64,000 bases of DNA from Auanema rhodensis (lineage: Eukaryota > Animalia > Nematoda), in contig OZ059896.1 of NCBI GenBank assembly GCA_964057225.1, positions 10,044,001 through 10,108,000 on the forward strand. Direction: 5' to 3'. The notes under the pieces were generated by a model. That model ran no database searches, was not told the DNA's origin, and was given only the letters and a program-made list of their open reading frames with translations. The position numbers and the translations under genes were made by a program. Of this stretch, positions 1 through 12,324 are shown piece after piece. Numbering within the stretch: position 1 is the first letter of the stretch; each line of letters starts with the position of its first letter.

Positions 1-1236
1 AAGCTTAGTTCAGAAATTATAGATGTTACACCTGTTGATAATACTCCAGTGAACCCTATCATGTCTCCTGGATATTTTAACTTATTTTCTAACGGTAACA
101 CCTAATTGTTTCAATTTTATAATAATAAGAAAGATAATATACCATTGCTTGTCCTTCGAAAGAATAAAGCAATGATCCAGCACAGTTCACAAGACCATCA
201 AAGCTTGTAAACCAAGGTAATGTCTCCCATTGCCATTTAGATACGAATAATTCCTAAATAATAATAGTTCATTATTACTCTTTTCAGTTATTATATTTTA
301 CTTGTAAAATCATTCCAATAGAACCAAAAATTAAAATGTTTCCTATTAAACAGATAAATGTAACAGTTCGAATATTTCGAACAAAATTAATTAATGTAGC
401 AGGAATAGTATAAATTAAAAATAATTGAGTTGTAGTTAATCCAGTTTCAAATTGAAAATGTGCTAAAATCTGTTGAATATGCTCTATAACGAACACATAG
501 GCTACACTAGCTACACCTGTTTGAAATGCTATTAAGCATCCATTCACAAAAAATCTATAAGAACCTTAATAAGATATTTATAAATTAAATATATTTTACT
601 TAGCCACACGATGATATTTGTATAAACACTTGAAACTATTTTGAAAGCCAACACTTGCCATATCTCCATAATTCAAATATTCATATTCTGTTCTAATATA
701 ATTATATTTTTAATATATTTGAAAAATAAAACAATAATATTATACCTTTTACATAAAAATTGTGAAGACATCACAACTTTGTGCATAGCTATTGTGCTAA
801 TTATTCCAATAAAAAACACAAGACAAAATGCCGTCTATAAACATTTTTTATAAAAATTTAAAAATATTTTTGATTAGAAAGTAGAAAGTTTAAAAAAGTC
901 AGTACAACTAAGCCGCCTTGTTTGAACGCCATTGCAACAGAAAAACATCCTGGACCAATCATTCCATTAATAAAATTAATTAGATTATATGTACAACTAT
1001 AATAAAAAATAAATAATAACAATTACTAGTTAAGTATATTAACTCACGAAATTCCATCTTTTCTCACAATTGTTCTCTCAGCCACCTTTTCCTTCATCAC
1101 TGATCTAAAAGATTGTGTTAATTGATAACGTTTCTCTTTTGTTACTAGTGGAACTGTTTTTTTTAAATACTAATTATATTAAAAACTTTTTTTTAATTAC
1201 ATTTATTTTAGATAAAGTTTCATGTTTATGTTGCAT
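1..1236 (-). CDS. SLC36/proton-coupled amino-acid transporter (AAAP family), multi-exon, 3' part outside window
   Basis: Spliced exons read ...LINFINGMIGPGCFSVAMAFKQ... and ...LLYSFEGQAM|VLPLENKLKYPGDMIGFTGVLSTG, with GT-AG introns of about 40-50 nt. The start at 1236 (MQHKHETLSKIN) is tentative and needs a 31-nt first intron. Confidence 0.88.
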
Positions 1237-2086
1237 TTTACATTATTATTTCATTCATTGTTCTTAATTATATTATTTTAATAAAAAAGATTATTATTAT
1301 CAAAGTAATAAGAAAAAATTGCACGCAAATGATTGAAACATTTCTGTTTTTTAATGTGACGTTATGTAATCATACTTCTGTTTCTCTTTTCTCAATTAAA
1401 CTATAAAATTTATAAGAAACATTGTTGCATTTAAATAAATTATTTTTTTTTATTTCATGATAAAAGTTCACATTTGATCAAAAAACATATGAAATTTACC
1501 CAATTACGTGAAAATATTTTATACAGTTCTTATCTTTATGGATTATGAATTTTTGAATAATGTTTGATTATTATCTCATTTATTACTAGATTTTTCCACC
1601 TCTACAACTGTGTATGCACATTGGTAAATTATTCAGAGCAGTTGTACTTACAGACTATGTTGTAATCAAGCATTTTTATATATTTTCGAATTTTCCTTAT
1701 CCAAACGTCCAATATCGGCAGCCGGACCACACCCGTCACACATCCCTCATATGACTGTAGAAATGTGGGTGGTGTTGTAATAATAAGAAACATCTCAGGC
1801 ATTATAGCTCATGTAATTGCTCGGATGGTGGAATTTCTACTCTAGTCAAGTAACCTTTTACTTTTGTTTGTCGGTTGAATCATTAGAGTATATTATTCAG
1901 ATACTTACGTATACTTATAATATCGAATTCATGGAATAGAACATAACAACACTTACACCATCATCAATACCTTTTACTGTCAAATTATTTACGGAAAATA
2001 TAATATTTTCTTAATTCTATAGTAGAGTAATAATTCATTTTTTGTCAAAAAAAAAAGAAAAAAAGAAAGAAAAATAGCTTAAAAAC

Positions 2087-2092
2087 TTTATT
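2087..2092 (-). terminator. Probable poly(A) signal of the LysM gene
   Basis: AATAAA on the minus strand about 107 nt after the stop codon, followed by U-rich sequence. Confidence 0.55.
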
Positions 2093-2198
2093 TTTTACAT
2101 CATATGCAACCCGTAAAAAATATATTTCAACTGATTATGATATACAATAAAAAAACATTTCTAGAGATACATTCAAGACATATAACCCAAAAAAAGAT

Positions 2199-3812
2199 TT
2201 AAGCAAGACATATATCTTGGCCGATTTGCAGATTATTACAGTTTACACCGGGATTTTTCATCATGAATTGTTGTTCAGATATTCCATTCGATTGCCATAA
2301 GCGTGAACAAGTATCTCCAGCCTTTATAGAGTAAAGTTTTCGACAGGAAGCGTCATCTCTGAATTGGCCTGGACGAAGAGTATTCGGATCGGTGCAAACT
2401 TGTTGACCAAGTTGTAATGCTTGACAATTTATATGAGGATTTAATTTAGTAAAGCTCTCTTGAGTCATTCCATTAGCAGACCAAATATCAAAACAGGTAT
2501 CCCCTTTTCGTATGCTGTGGGTACGACAGGTTTGATTGACATTCTGATCAGAAGAGGAGTCATAAAAAATGTTAGATGAATATTGATTTGAGCCTTGGTA
2601 CTGAGAAGGCTGAGAAAGTTGAGGCTGAGAAGGTTGATACTGCTGTGCCTGAGATGGTGGGTACTGCTGTGCCTGAGATGGCTGGTACTGTAAAGTCTGG
2701 GATCCTTGCTGGTACTGCTGTGCTTGAGATGGTTGGTACTGCTGTGCTTGAGATGGTTGATACTGCTGTGCTTGAGATGGTTGGTACTGCTGTGCCTGAG
2801 ATGGTTGATACTGCTGTGCTTGAGATGGTTGGTACTGCTGTGCCTGAGCTGGTTGATACTGCTGTGCTTGAGATGGTTGGTACTGTTGTTGCTGAGTTGT
2901 TTGGTACTGCTGTGACTGAACTGGTTGGTACTGCTGTGACTGAGATGGTTGATACTGCTGTGCCTGAGACGGTTGGTATTGCTGTGACTGAGATGGCTGA
3001 TACTGCTGGGCCTGAGATGGTTGGTACTGCTGTGACTGAGATGGTTGGTACTGCTGTGCTTGAGATGGTTGGTACTGCTTTGACTGAGATGGCTGATACT
3101 GCTGTGCCTGAGATGGTTGGTACTGCTGGGCTTGAGATGGTTGGTACTGCTGTGACTGAGATGGTTGGTACTGCTGGGCTTGAGATGGTTGGTACTGCTG
3201 TGACTGAGGTTGATATTGAATTTGAGAGGTTTGATACTGAGGGTTCTGATACTGTTGAGACTGAGGAGTTTGAGATTGTTGCTGTTGAGAAAGTGGTTGA
3301 TACAAAATCTGAGAGAGATGAGGCTGTGATGAATTATATTGCTGATTTGCAGACGAATCATACAATTTTACATTATTTATATTTTGAAGTTGGCCATTTA
3401 AACACACATGTTGACCAACTTGAAGATTATTACAATTGATACCAGGATTTGAGGCTAGAAAAGTAGCTTCAGTCAATTGATTTGAATTCCATATTATAGA
3501 GCAAGTATCTCCAGCTTTAATAGAATAAAGTTTCCTGCAACTTGAAGAAGTTGGATCATCACCATATTGACCTGGCAATATTGCATCAGGAATAATACAA
3601 ATAGATTGGCCAATTTGAAGATTTTGGCAGTTTAGTGATGGATTTGCTTGTTTAAACGATTGTTCGGTCATTCCATGTTGAGTCCATAGGTTGTAGCATG
3701 TATCACCATTTTTTATAGCAACTTTGATACAATTATTTGGCTGCTGACTCAAAGTTAAGGAATATAGTAAAGATATGATGAAAAGTTGAAAAATAGTTCG
3801 CATCTTTAGCAT
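2199..3812 (-). CDS. Intronless secreted protein: signal peptide, 2 Cys-type LysM domains, Q/Y/P/S repeat spacer, 2 LysM domains
   Basis: 537-aa ORF with a hydrophobic N-terminus (IFQLFIISLLYSLTLS) and four copies of C-x-KxGDTC-x-NPxxNCxxLQ(I/V/L)GQxxC. A TTATAG acceptor lies 5 nt before the ATG and an AATAAA lies downstream. Confidence 0.93.
   Translation of the reverse strand: MLKMRTIFQLFIISLLYSLTLSQQPNNCIKVAIKNGDTCYNLWTQHGMTEQSFKQANPSLNCQNLQIGQSICIIPDAILPGQYGDDPTSSSCRKLYSIKAGDTCSIIWNSNQLTEATFLASNPGINCNNLQVGQHVCLNGQLQNINNVKLYDSSANQQYNSSQPHLSQILYQPLSQQQQSQTPQSQQYQNPQYQTSQIQYQPQSQQYQPSQAQQYQPSQSQQYQPSQAQQYQPSQAQQYQPSQSKQYQPSQAQQYQPSQSQQYQPSQAQQYQPSQSQQYQPSQAQQYQPSQSQQYQPVQSQQYQTTQQQQYQPSQAQQYQPAQAQQYQPSQAQQYQPSQAQQYQPSQAQQYQPSQAQQYQPSQAQQYQQGSQTLQYQPSQAQQYPPSQAQQYQPSQPQLSQPSQYQGSNQYSSNIFYDSSSDQNVNQTCRTHSIRKGDTCFDIWSANGMTQESFTKLNPHINCQALQLGQQVCTDPNTLRPGQFRDDASCRKLYSIKAGDTCSRLWQSNGISEQQFMMKNPGVNCNNLQIGQDICLA
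2626..3207 (-). repeat. Coding 24-bp minisatellite, about 24 units encoding QQYQPSQ(A/S)
   Basis: The plus-strand unit tgagatggttggtactgctgtgct is repeated with minor variants. Confidence 0.95.
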
Positions 3813-6800
3813 GAGAACTATAAGAAATGAACAATGGCAATACTTTGCTATTTATGTAGGATTTCTTAACAAATAAGAAGTTCAAAGTCAATATGAGTAG
3901 TTGACGTGTTTGTTAGGTAATTCTTGATTTTTTCGTTTTCTAATCATTAGGCTTCAACTCTTTTTATTTAATCTTGGGCGCATCGTTACTCTGAAAAGCT
4001 TACCAGCAAATAGATGAATCAAACCTTGACAATGTCTTTCAAGCATTTGTTTAATATTGTTTGTCATAATTTGAAAGAAAAACGAAAAAATATTCTCCTA
4101 CTATTACTCAAGTTGACGCAATTCTTCAGATTTTCAGAGACAGTTCATTCTAAGTCAAGAATAAATGTTTTTTGATCATTACAACTTGTAGTTTTCATTC
4201 AATATTTCAGATATATGACACAAAAATATTGTTTCTTCGTATAGGTCATTCAAGATCAAGTCAACAAAAGGTATTGTAAATATTTTGGTTCAGAATATTC
4301 AGTAAGATGTCTGATAGGAAAAAACAATTATGCAAAATAAAAATTTGAACAAATCAAGAAATTAAATTGATATAATATTGTTTTTTTTTGTTAAGAAATA
4401 TGTAGTTGTTTCTCACATAACACACTAGAAATAGGCATAGAATTAAGACAAAATTCAGGCCTTTCACTTTCACATTTACAATTGGTGAGAAATCTACTTC
4501 GAAACCCTATAAGAAGGAGGAAAATGATAGAAGAGAGCATAAGAGAGAGAGAATAAAGCAATGAGAATGAGAGAAAAAAATTAATCGTTAAAGCAAGTGG
4601 CTATTAGTCGTTAAACATGGAACACCTTACCTGGTCATCCTTTTAAATGTTCCAGACAAAATGACATTTAGAAAGAAATTGCGAAAAGAACCGAAAATAT
4701 TCTCTTTTCCTAATTTCACAATCCTCTGTTTCAGGTAAAATGACGACTATTTCTCAAATAAAATATATATTTATACATACTTATTCATATAATATGTATT
4801 ATAAATACTTGTTCAATATAGATAACAACTGTTGTCGCTATTCTCATAATCTTCAACATTAACTTGACGACGGTGAACATGTCTATGTACATCTGCCATA
4901 TGTATTCTGAATGTCAAAACGCTTGGCTTGTAAAACGACCTGTCTATCATCAGGCTTTCAATCATCACATTCATCAAATTAGATTAACCTAGATTTATTA
5001 GAAAACTACATTGACTTTATGAGATTCCCCCCCTCTTTCCCCTGCAAATCATCAGCATATGTTCATCATTCAACAAATTTTTAATGTTATCCAGTTCCTT
5101 TTCAAAATAATAATAAAATATAAATTTGAATTCAAATATAAATTTATATGATATTATTTATAATAGTTAAATATTTATAGTATACTTATTTATATTTAGT
5201 TTTATTTTTCTTATTAAACAAACTAATTAACTATATATTTAATCAATTAATGTTATTATAAGTTATATGAAACTTTGTATGAATACGTTAATGATTGTGA
5301 CATACAATTGTTGATCATATTTCTTATACGTTTCGATATATAGTCTTCTTATATACCCTCATCAAATTGTTCGGTTCAGCTTATTAGATGAGACGGAAAT
5401 GTGAGAAGCCTGTTGCAGATCCATCATAATGGATGAGCTCAAATCCAGCAATCTGGCCAGCCTTCTTTATCGGCTACTTTATTGGGTTTTAAATACTTCT
5501 CACATTTGATTTCAATAATGTGACATTGATCTTTCTATCATCTCATGAGCTCAATTAGAAGAATATTAGCGTGTTACTTCTTCATCTATCTCATATAGTC
5601 ATCCTTTCAATCTAGTTATAAATAAGCGCAGATGTTGTCTCAGTGTATATGTTTGGATTCTGTAGAGACCTTGATGCCGCAAATTTTATGGCACCCAGTC
5701 CTCTTTTCGTCCTTTCACCCTCCAATCCTCTCCCGTTTTCTAATTTTTCTCTCTTCATTTCTTCCAACTATTCTGTGCTTTTGCTTACGCTTGTTATATC
5801 CATTTCTTTATCCTCTTCTTCCTCATGTCTTGACTATCTGATCATTCAACAGATTTTTTTGTTGATCGATGAAAATTCAAATAGATATTTCTTATTAAAT
5901 AAATCAAAAACATATAGAAGATAATTCTGAACGCTCTATTCTTCTTTTGAGTTGTGTGTTTGTGTATATATGTGTGTGGTGACCATGTCATTCTAAGCTG
6001 AATTATTTACTTTTGAAATGATGGATTTATAAAAAGATTAATTGAAATATAGCTGATATTCTGTTTGGTCACTGTGTCACAAAATGAACTCAATGTACTG
6101 GAACGTCGACAGTCCTCCACTTGCATCAGAACCGACAAACGGATTTTCTCAGAATCATTCGCTCTTTTTCTGATCCGTTCTTTTAAACACTTTTTCTGAT
6201 TTTAAGAAATCAAAATTCTATAGTTCTCTTTTTGTCCTGATATCGATCCGGATGAATAATACACCAGTATTACTCAACCATTTTTCTTCTATAGCCACTC
6301 TTACTATCTCTCTTTCACATCCTATTTATTCCTTCTTCTGTCTTTTATATTCTCGTTATTCAAGTCATCTTTTGTATCTTTCACTTAACATAGATTTTGA
6401 CTATTTCAAACATCTGCTGATTTCACCTTCAATCTTACTGTTCGTCATTTTCTATAATTTCACTTCCGTTCTTACCTATTCTTCATAATCCTAAATTCAA
6501 GTTGTTCTTTTTCTCTTAATCTCCTATTTGAAATTAAAATTTAAAAGAAATTAAAGAATTGAAATACTTGAAATCAAATTTCAATCAAGTTATATGTATT
6601 CATATATTATTTTCATAAAAATATTTAAATTATAAATTATGGAATTTTAAAATAAAAACGGTTGATCTAAACTATAAAATACAATTTTTTGATAGATTAT
6701 ATGATAGATCAATGTTGTTATACGTGATTTACTTCTATCAATTTCATGTGATAGAAGGATAAATTGAGAAATTACAGTCTTTAACCTATATTTAATTATA

Positions 6801-9800
6801 TTAAATTATAATAAATTTTATTTTTGTTAATACAGTATGACATAAGACCATGACAAAAAATTTTTTTTTAGAATTCCACATGCATCTTTTAGTTTTATAT
6901 GTCATAGTTTTACTCTTATATGAACTGTCAACTAACTCTTTCAACACCCTATATGTCTTTCCTCCCTCCATAGATGACAACTGATATTCATCTTTCATCG
7001 TTTCCTCTATTCACTCGTCTTCTATGTCTATTCCTTGTTCTTTTTTTCGTTTTCGCTTTGTTTTTGGCCTTGGCGGCCAGATAGAGTGAGAGATGATTGT
7101 CGTCTACGTTATCGCCTAAAATTCCTTTTTTTTTTTAACCATTCAACTTATATTGTATTCATTTCAACAATTTCCATAAATACATAGATGTGATTGTTTA
7201 AATTCATATTGATTTATTTTAATTTTAAAACATTTAAAATCATAGTTAAAGGATGTTATCATTAGCTTCATCATGTATGGTATCTGATAAAAGGTTTGAC
7301 CCCTCTCTCTCTCTTTCTCTCTCTCTCTCATCTCTCTCTCTCTCTCTCTTTATATGTATAGCTTTGATATTATGTACTTTAATCGAATTCAATCACATTA
7401 TTTATAGTCTTAAAAACGTTTTTTCACTTTATTTTCCGGCTTCTTTTAACTAACCACACGTTTTTCTCACGATATATCTTATGTTCATCTTACTTCCACT
7501 TTTACATCATTTTCGTCTTTTTTTTTCACATAAAAGAAAAACAAGGAAATAGTGGCTATATCTTTGATATGATGAGATTGTCGTAAGTAAGAGAATGAAT
7601 ACATACCTCATAACATCTGATAAGAACATTAGACTTACGTTGACTGATTTCGAACCTATGTGAGTGTAATCATGCCTAACGGTACATCGATGACGGTAAT
7701 ATCGATATAGGAAGTTATCTACTTATCTCCGTCACATGATCTTCTTTCTTCTCTCTATCCTCATGTTGTTTTTCATTATTTATTATAATCACTATACCTT
7801 ATACTTTACTTCTTTCTCTTTCTCTCCTCATTGTCATTGTCATTGTTCATCTTTGGATATATTCATATTAATCTGAACTGTAGTTACATGTATAGATTCA
7901 TTCACGGAAGCGGAAGAATTGTATTTGATTCTCATCCAATTTCTTTATGTTACTCTCTCTCTATACTTTCTTTCTCTCTATATGTCTCATTCCTCTCCAT
8001 TGCACCATGAGACGGAAGCAATAAAGTTTCTCATATGGTGCTGAACAAACTATTCAAATTTCCAATTTAGACATCTCATAACGAAATGATCTAAATAGTT
8101 AGTCATCTTTAAATCTTTTTTTTCTTATTTGACTTTCATTTATTTTACTCAATTCTTCAAAAAATAAATGTATGTACCCACATAGTTATATTCATTTTCT
8201 CTTATAAAGGTTTAACCAATGTTTTCTTTCATCCTTTTCATCGTACACCCTTTTGTAAACGGTTTCTTTCCTTTTACTTACGATCTTCAAATAAAAATTA
8301 CAAAGTTGTTTTCTCTTGGCATCCCATGAAAATCTCTTTGATGAACCGATCATACTACCAATTGATATCGTCACATTTGGAATACACTAATGACAACAAC
8401 CAGAGTTTTTTGGTTTTTGTACGTTTCTTTAGAGGCATACAACTTCTCAAAACTAAAAACTAGAATATCTTCACCTTTTATTTCTTCAAAACTTCTTTGT
8501 ATGCTCTCTCTCTTTCTCTCTCTTCTCTCTTTCTCTCTCACTGCACTTGTTGAATAATGCTTGTTTCGGTAGACCAGAAGCTAGCCAAATGCTTTTGAAT
8601 TTGCATTTCGGCTTATCTATCGAGTGTCAGTCGTATGACCGTCATCATCACCCGTCACCTCGACCCTTCTCTCGTCATCCGATATTCGTCGTGTGAGAGC
8701 TACCCTATTTGAATTATTTTCTATTTTGATTGTTTTCTTTCTTCATGACACCTTTCTTTCTCTCATTATCTTGTCAGATAGTTTAAAATCTGGATTTTTT
8801 GCTGTTTTTCATTAGTTTGTCCACAATCTATCTTAAGACTAAGAATTTATACATGTGATTTATTTCTCAAATTAGTTGATAATCTTCATTGTTTTTTTTC
8901 CAAATTGCTTCTATTTTTTTGCTTATTGAAGATGAATTGACAACATACATTAATCAGTATAAACTGATCATAAAGTTTATCAACTTGTCAACTTGATTTA
9001 GTTTGTTATGATCTAATAGATCAGACGATGATCAATAAACTTCACTTATATCTAGCTGTTATAGTAACGCCGTCGTCTTCATTATCTCTATCTTAGTTTT
9101 TTTGTTGTAAAAAAAAATCTTTTGATTTCTATGCAAGCAATCACAGGAATCTCTTGTTTACATGAAAAATGTATTTCTTTTCTCCAAAAACTTTGCTGTT
9201 GGATGATTTTCCAAAAGAAGACCTTTACAAATTCTGTTAGCGAATACGATGTGCCAACCAGTGTCCACCAATAATTACATTTTTTTCTGCTAAATTTCAA
9301 ACAAACCACAGAATAATCTATTTGTATGTCTTTAGTTAAGTCTTTCCGGTAATTATAGACGTCATATGGTTCATATTAGATATGTGAAAGAGTTTATGGT
9401 AGCGAATTTTTTGTTGTTTAATTCAACACCAGCTTGCAATCTCATCACAACTGAAGATATTGGCCAAAGTAGACAATTTAGCAAAATAAAAGTTTTGGGA
9501 TCGTAGCTGATTTTCTTTACTTTTCCTATCCAACACTTTGAATTTATAAGATTTTCATGATAATTAATTAATATATTTTTGTATTTTATTTTCTCTGCTT
9601 TGAGTCTGAATTATATATAATTATATCAACTTCATTTATTTATCTCTTCTCAATTCTAAATCTCATTTGTCCCACTTGGCGCATATCTTTATCTCACGGG
9701 TAAAGAGCATTTTAAGCTCTTTTTCGACTTTCGTACAGTTTTTTCTCATTTTCTAATTGAAATCAGAACAAGGAAGCCAAAAACTTTTTATCGAGAAAGT

Positions 9801-11353
9801 AATAGAGATCGGGATATCTATATCTGATAGAGTTAGGTGGGGGAATAAGACGGATCTTGCAAAGCATAACAAATAAAGGAGATAGAAGGAAGATATGCAA
9901 GAGGAAGAGTTAGCGAATTTTCTTATCAAACTATTTTGTGTGTACATATGTGTGCCGAGATGAATGAACTATAATCGAGCACAGTTTATCTGGGGACAAT
10001 AGTGTCACTACCGTCAATCTCCGCACCCTTGCTAGCCTCATCACAAAAAAACTTGGCCATATGTCTTCTTTTAAGTCATATCTTCTTGTGCATTGTGCTC
10101 TTTTCTCTTTCTTTCTCTTTTTCTCTCGTTATCTCTTTCTCTGCCCTTGTCTTTGCCCTTTTCTCCATTTCCGCCTTCCTCTCTCTCTCAGTATACCTCA
10201 CTATCTTTGTATTAATGCTCAGTTCTCTTCTTATATTGCTATCTCATTTTGTTCATATTCTTCTACTGTTCCTTCTGGTATAACTGTCGAGATATTTTTC
10301 GCTTTCATATCTGCAGCTGTTGTTCTGGTAGATAATTTGTCTCTTTTTGTCTTTTCTCTTTTTTCGCACATTATGCTTCCACAAGTTCTCATTAACTTCT
10401 TCTTCATTTTGTCGAGAAGTGACTAATTACTTGCTAACATTTTTCTATTTCCAACCAATTTAGTCGTTGAAGTTTAAGCTCAACTTATCCGTTAGTAAAA
10501 AAAAAGAAATGAATCATCTTTAGCCTGCATTCATTTGAAAGGTTTTACTAAGTTTACGAATTCAAAGTTTTTGTTATTCAAGTGCACGACTCTTTGAGAT
10601 GCTTAGACTTTCATGCTTATTACTTCATCTTAATTTAACAGTTTTTATGAGCTTTAAAACTTTATTAGGCCAACTACTTTTTGAAATCTAGTTTTCGTTT
10701 CTTGTATGAAGCTGCTGCCTTTTCAAATGCTCAACAACTCCTTTTCTTTGAATCTTTTTTACTTCTGGTCTTCTCCATGTAATCATAGAACTTCCGTAGG
10801 AAATTCTAAAGCAATTGTTTTCTCCGATTGATGATTCTCTTTAGCTCTTTCCATGGTTTACTTTTAAATGAATAATTTATATCTTACTAAGATGTTTGAA
10901 ATTCATAGATAGATTAACTTAATACATTATTCCATGTTCTCTACATTCTCTTTTCTGCTCTCTGTTTAACTATCTTTTACATTCTCTTTCTTCTTTATGA
11001 ACATAGAAAAGTTTGCATGTACGCCAACAAGACAACATTCAGCTCGCTTCTTTATGTCGTCTGAAGCCTGATTTCTTGACATCATAAAGCTTGAATGACC
11101 AACCATCCACTTGTATTTGTAGTCCCTATGATGGCAAAATCAAACATTCTATCTTTCATTTCCTCGATATTATTCAATTATATAGTTTTAAGTATAGAGC
11201 GTTGAAGATAGAGCAGAACATAAATAGAGAGAAATAGAAAAGAGAAAACAGAAGAAAATATTCTGTTGCACTTCATTTAATTTTTTTTATTCAAATCTTT
11301 AATATCAACTGTTTCATATCATAAACTTGTATTTCAACTATAATAATTCTCTC

Positions 11354-12324
11354 ATAATTTCTAAGCCTGATATCTAGATATTCATGAAACACTTATCGAG
11401 CACATCTTAATTCCAATTTTTTAAATAAAATAATTCTTTTTCTTCCTATTTCAGTTTATTTTCTCCATTTTCTAACATTTGATACTGTCGCTTTTCAATT
11501 GTTTTTTTTTCATAAACACAATAGGTTTTGTGGAAAAAAATTATAAAATAGCAATAAAAATAGACTATAACAGTTACGAGACAGAATGCTGTTGCTGACT
11601 CTGCTCAAAACGTATTCAGTTTGTCTGACTGTCTACAATTCTGAAGTTTTCTATGTTCTGACCAGATACACCAATTGTGTTGTCTTCGGTTCTTTTTGGG
11701 ATGAAACATGATCTTGCTTGCTTTTCGAGAACAACTTGTCTACACTCCCTCCACCCTTTCCAGGCTTCACATTGAACTAATTCTTGCGCTATTCACATGG
11801 TTCCTTAAATGGAACATGGCCGTTTGCACTTCGTATTCTTTCTGTTTCTTCTATTGCTATTTTTATCTTTTTTTTTGCTCATCGAGCGTCTGATTACAGA
11901 TATTTTTCTTTTTTGTATAGTAGTTTTCAGTTTTAACATTAATATTTCTGTTTTATTATGTGTTTCATAGTATACAACTTAGATTTGAATACATGCATAT
12001 CTCCAAATATATATTATTATTATATTTGAATGATAGTTGTATCTATATTTTTCAATCGACATCATCATTATCGCCACAATTTAATGTCCTTGTTCCTTTT
12101 CTGTCATTGAAGTGAATGAAGTCATGAGGTTTTCTCGCTTACAAGTTCAAAAAACTCAGATTGACCTTCAACCATCAGGCTTTTTTTACTTCTTCATCAT
12201 CATCTGCCCGGTTTGCTGGTGTTAATGCTTCAAGAAACTGTCATTTAGATGCTCTTGCCTGATAATTTCTAAGCCTGATATCTAGATATTCATGAAACAC
12301 TTATCGAGCACATCTTAATTCCAA
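11354..12324. repeat. 63-bp exact direct repeat pair (11354-11416 and 12262-12324)
   Basis: ataatttctaagcctgatatctagatattcatgaaacacttatcgagcacatcttaattccaa occurs twice, 908 bp apart. Confidence 0.95.

Noticed and set aside
2626-3207. Regular repeat as a CRISPR array
   Set aside because: No unique spacers, it is a coding tandem repeat, and the context is eukaryotic.
2465-3439. Long overlapping ORFs (298 aa in an alternative frame; 287 aa antisense EMVGTAV repeat)
   Set aside because: Shadows of the stop-free 24-bp repeat in the LysM gene.
4823-4993. Open frame ITTVVAILIIFNINL...IRLT* resembling a secreted peptide
   Set aside because: No in-frame ATG exon could be joined to it.
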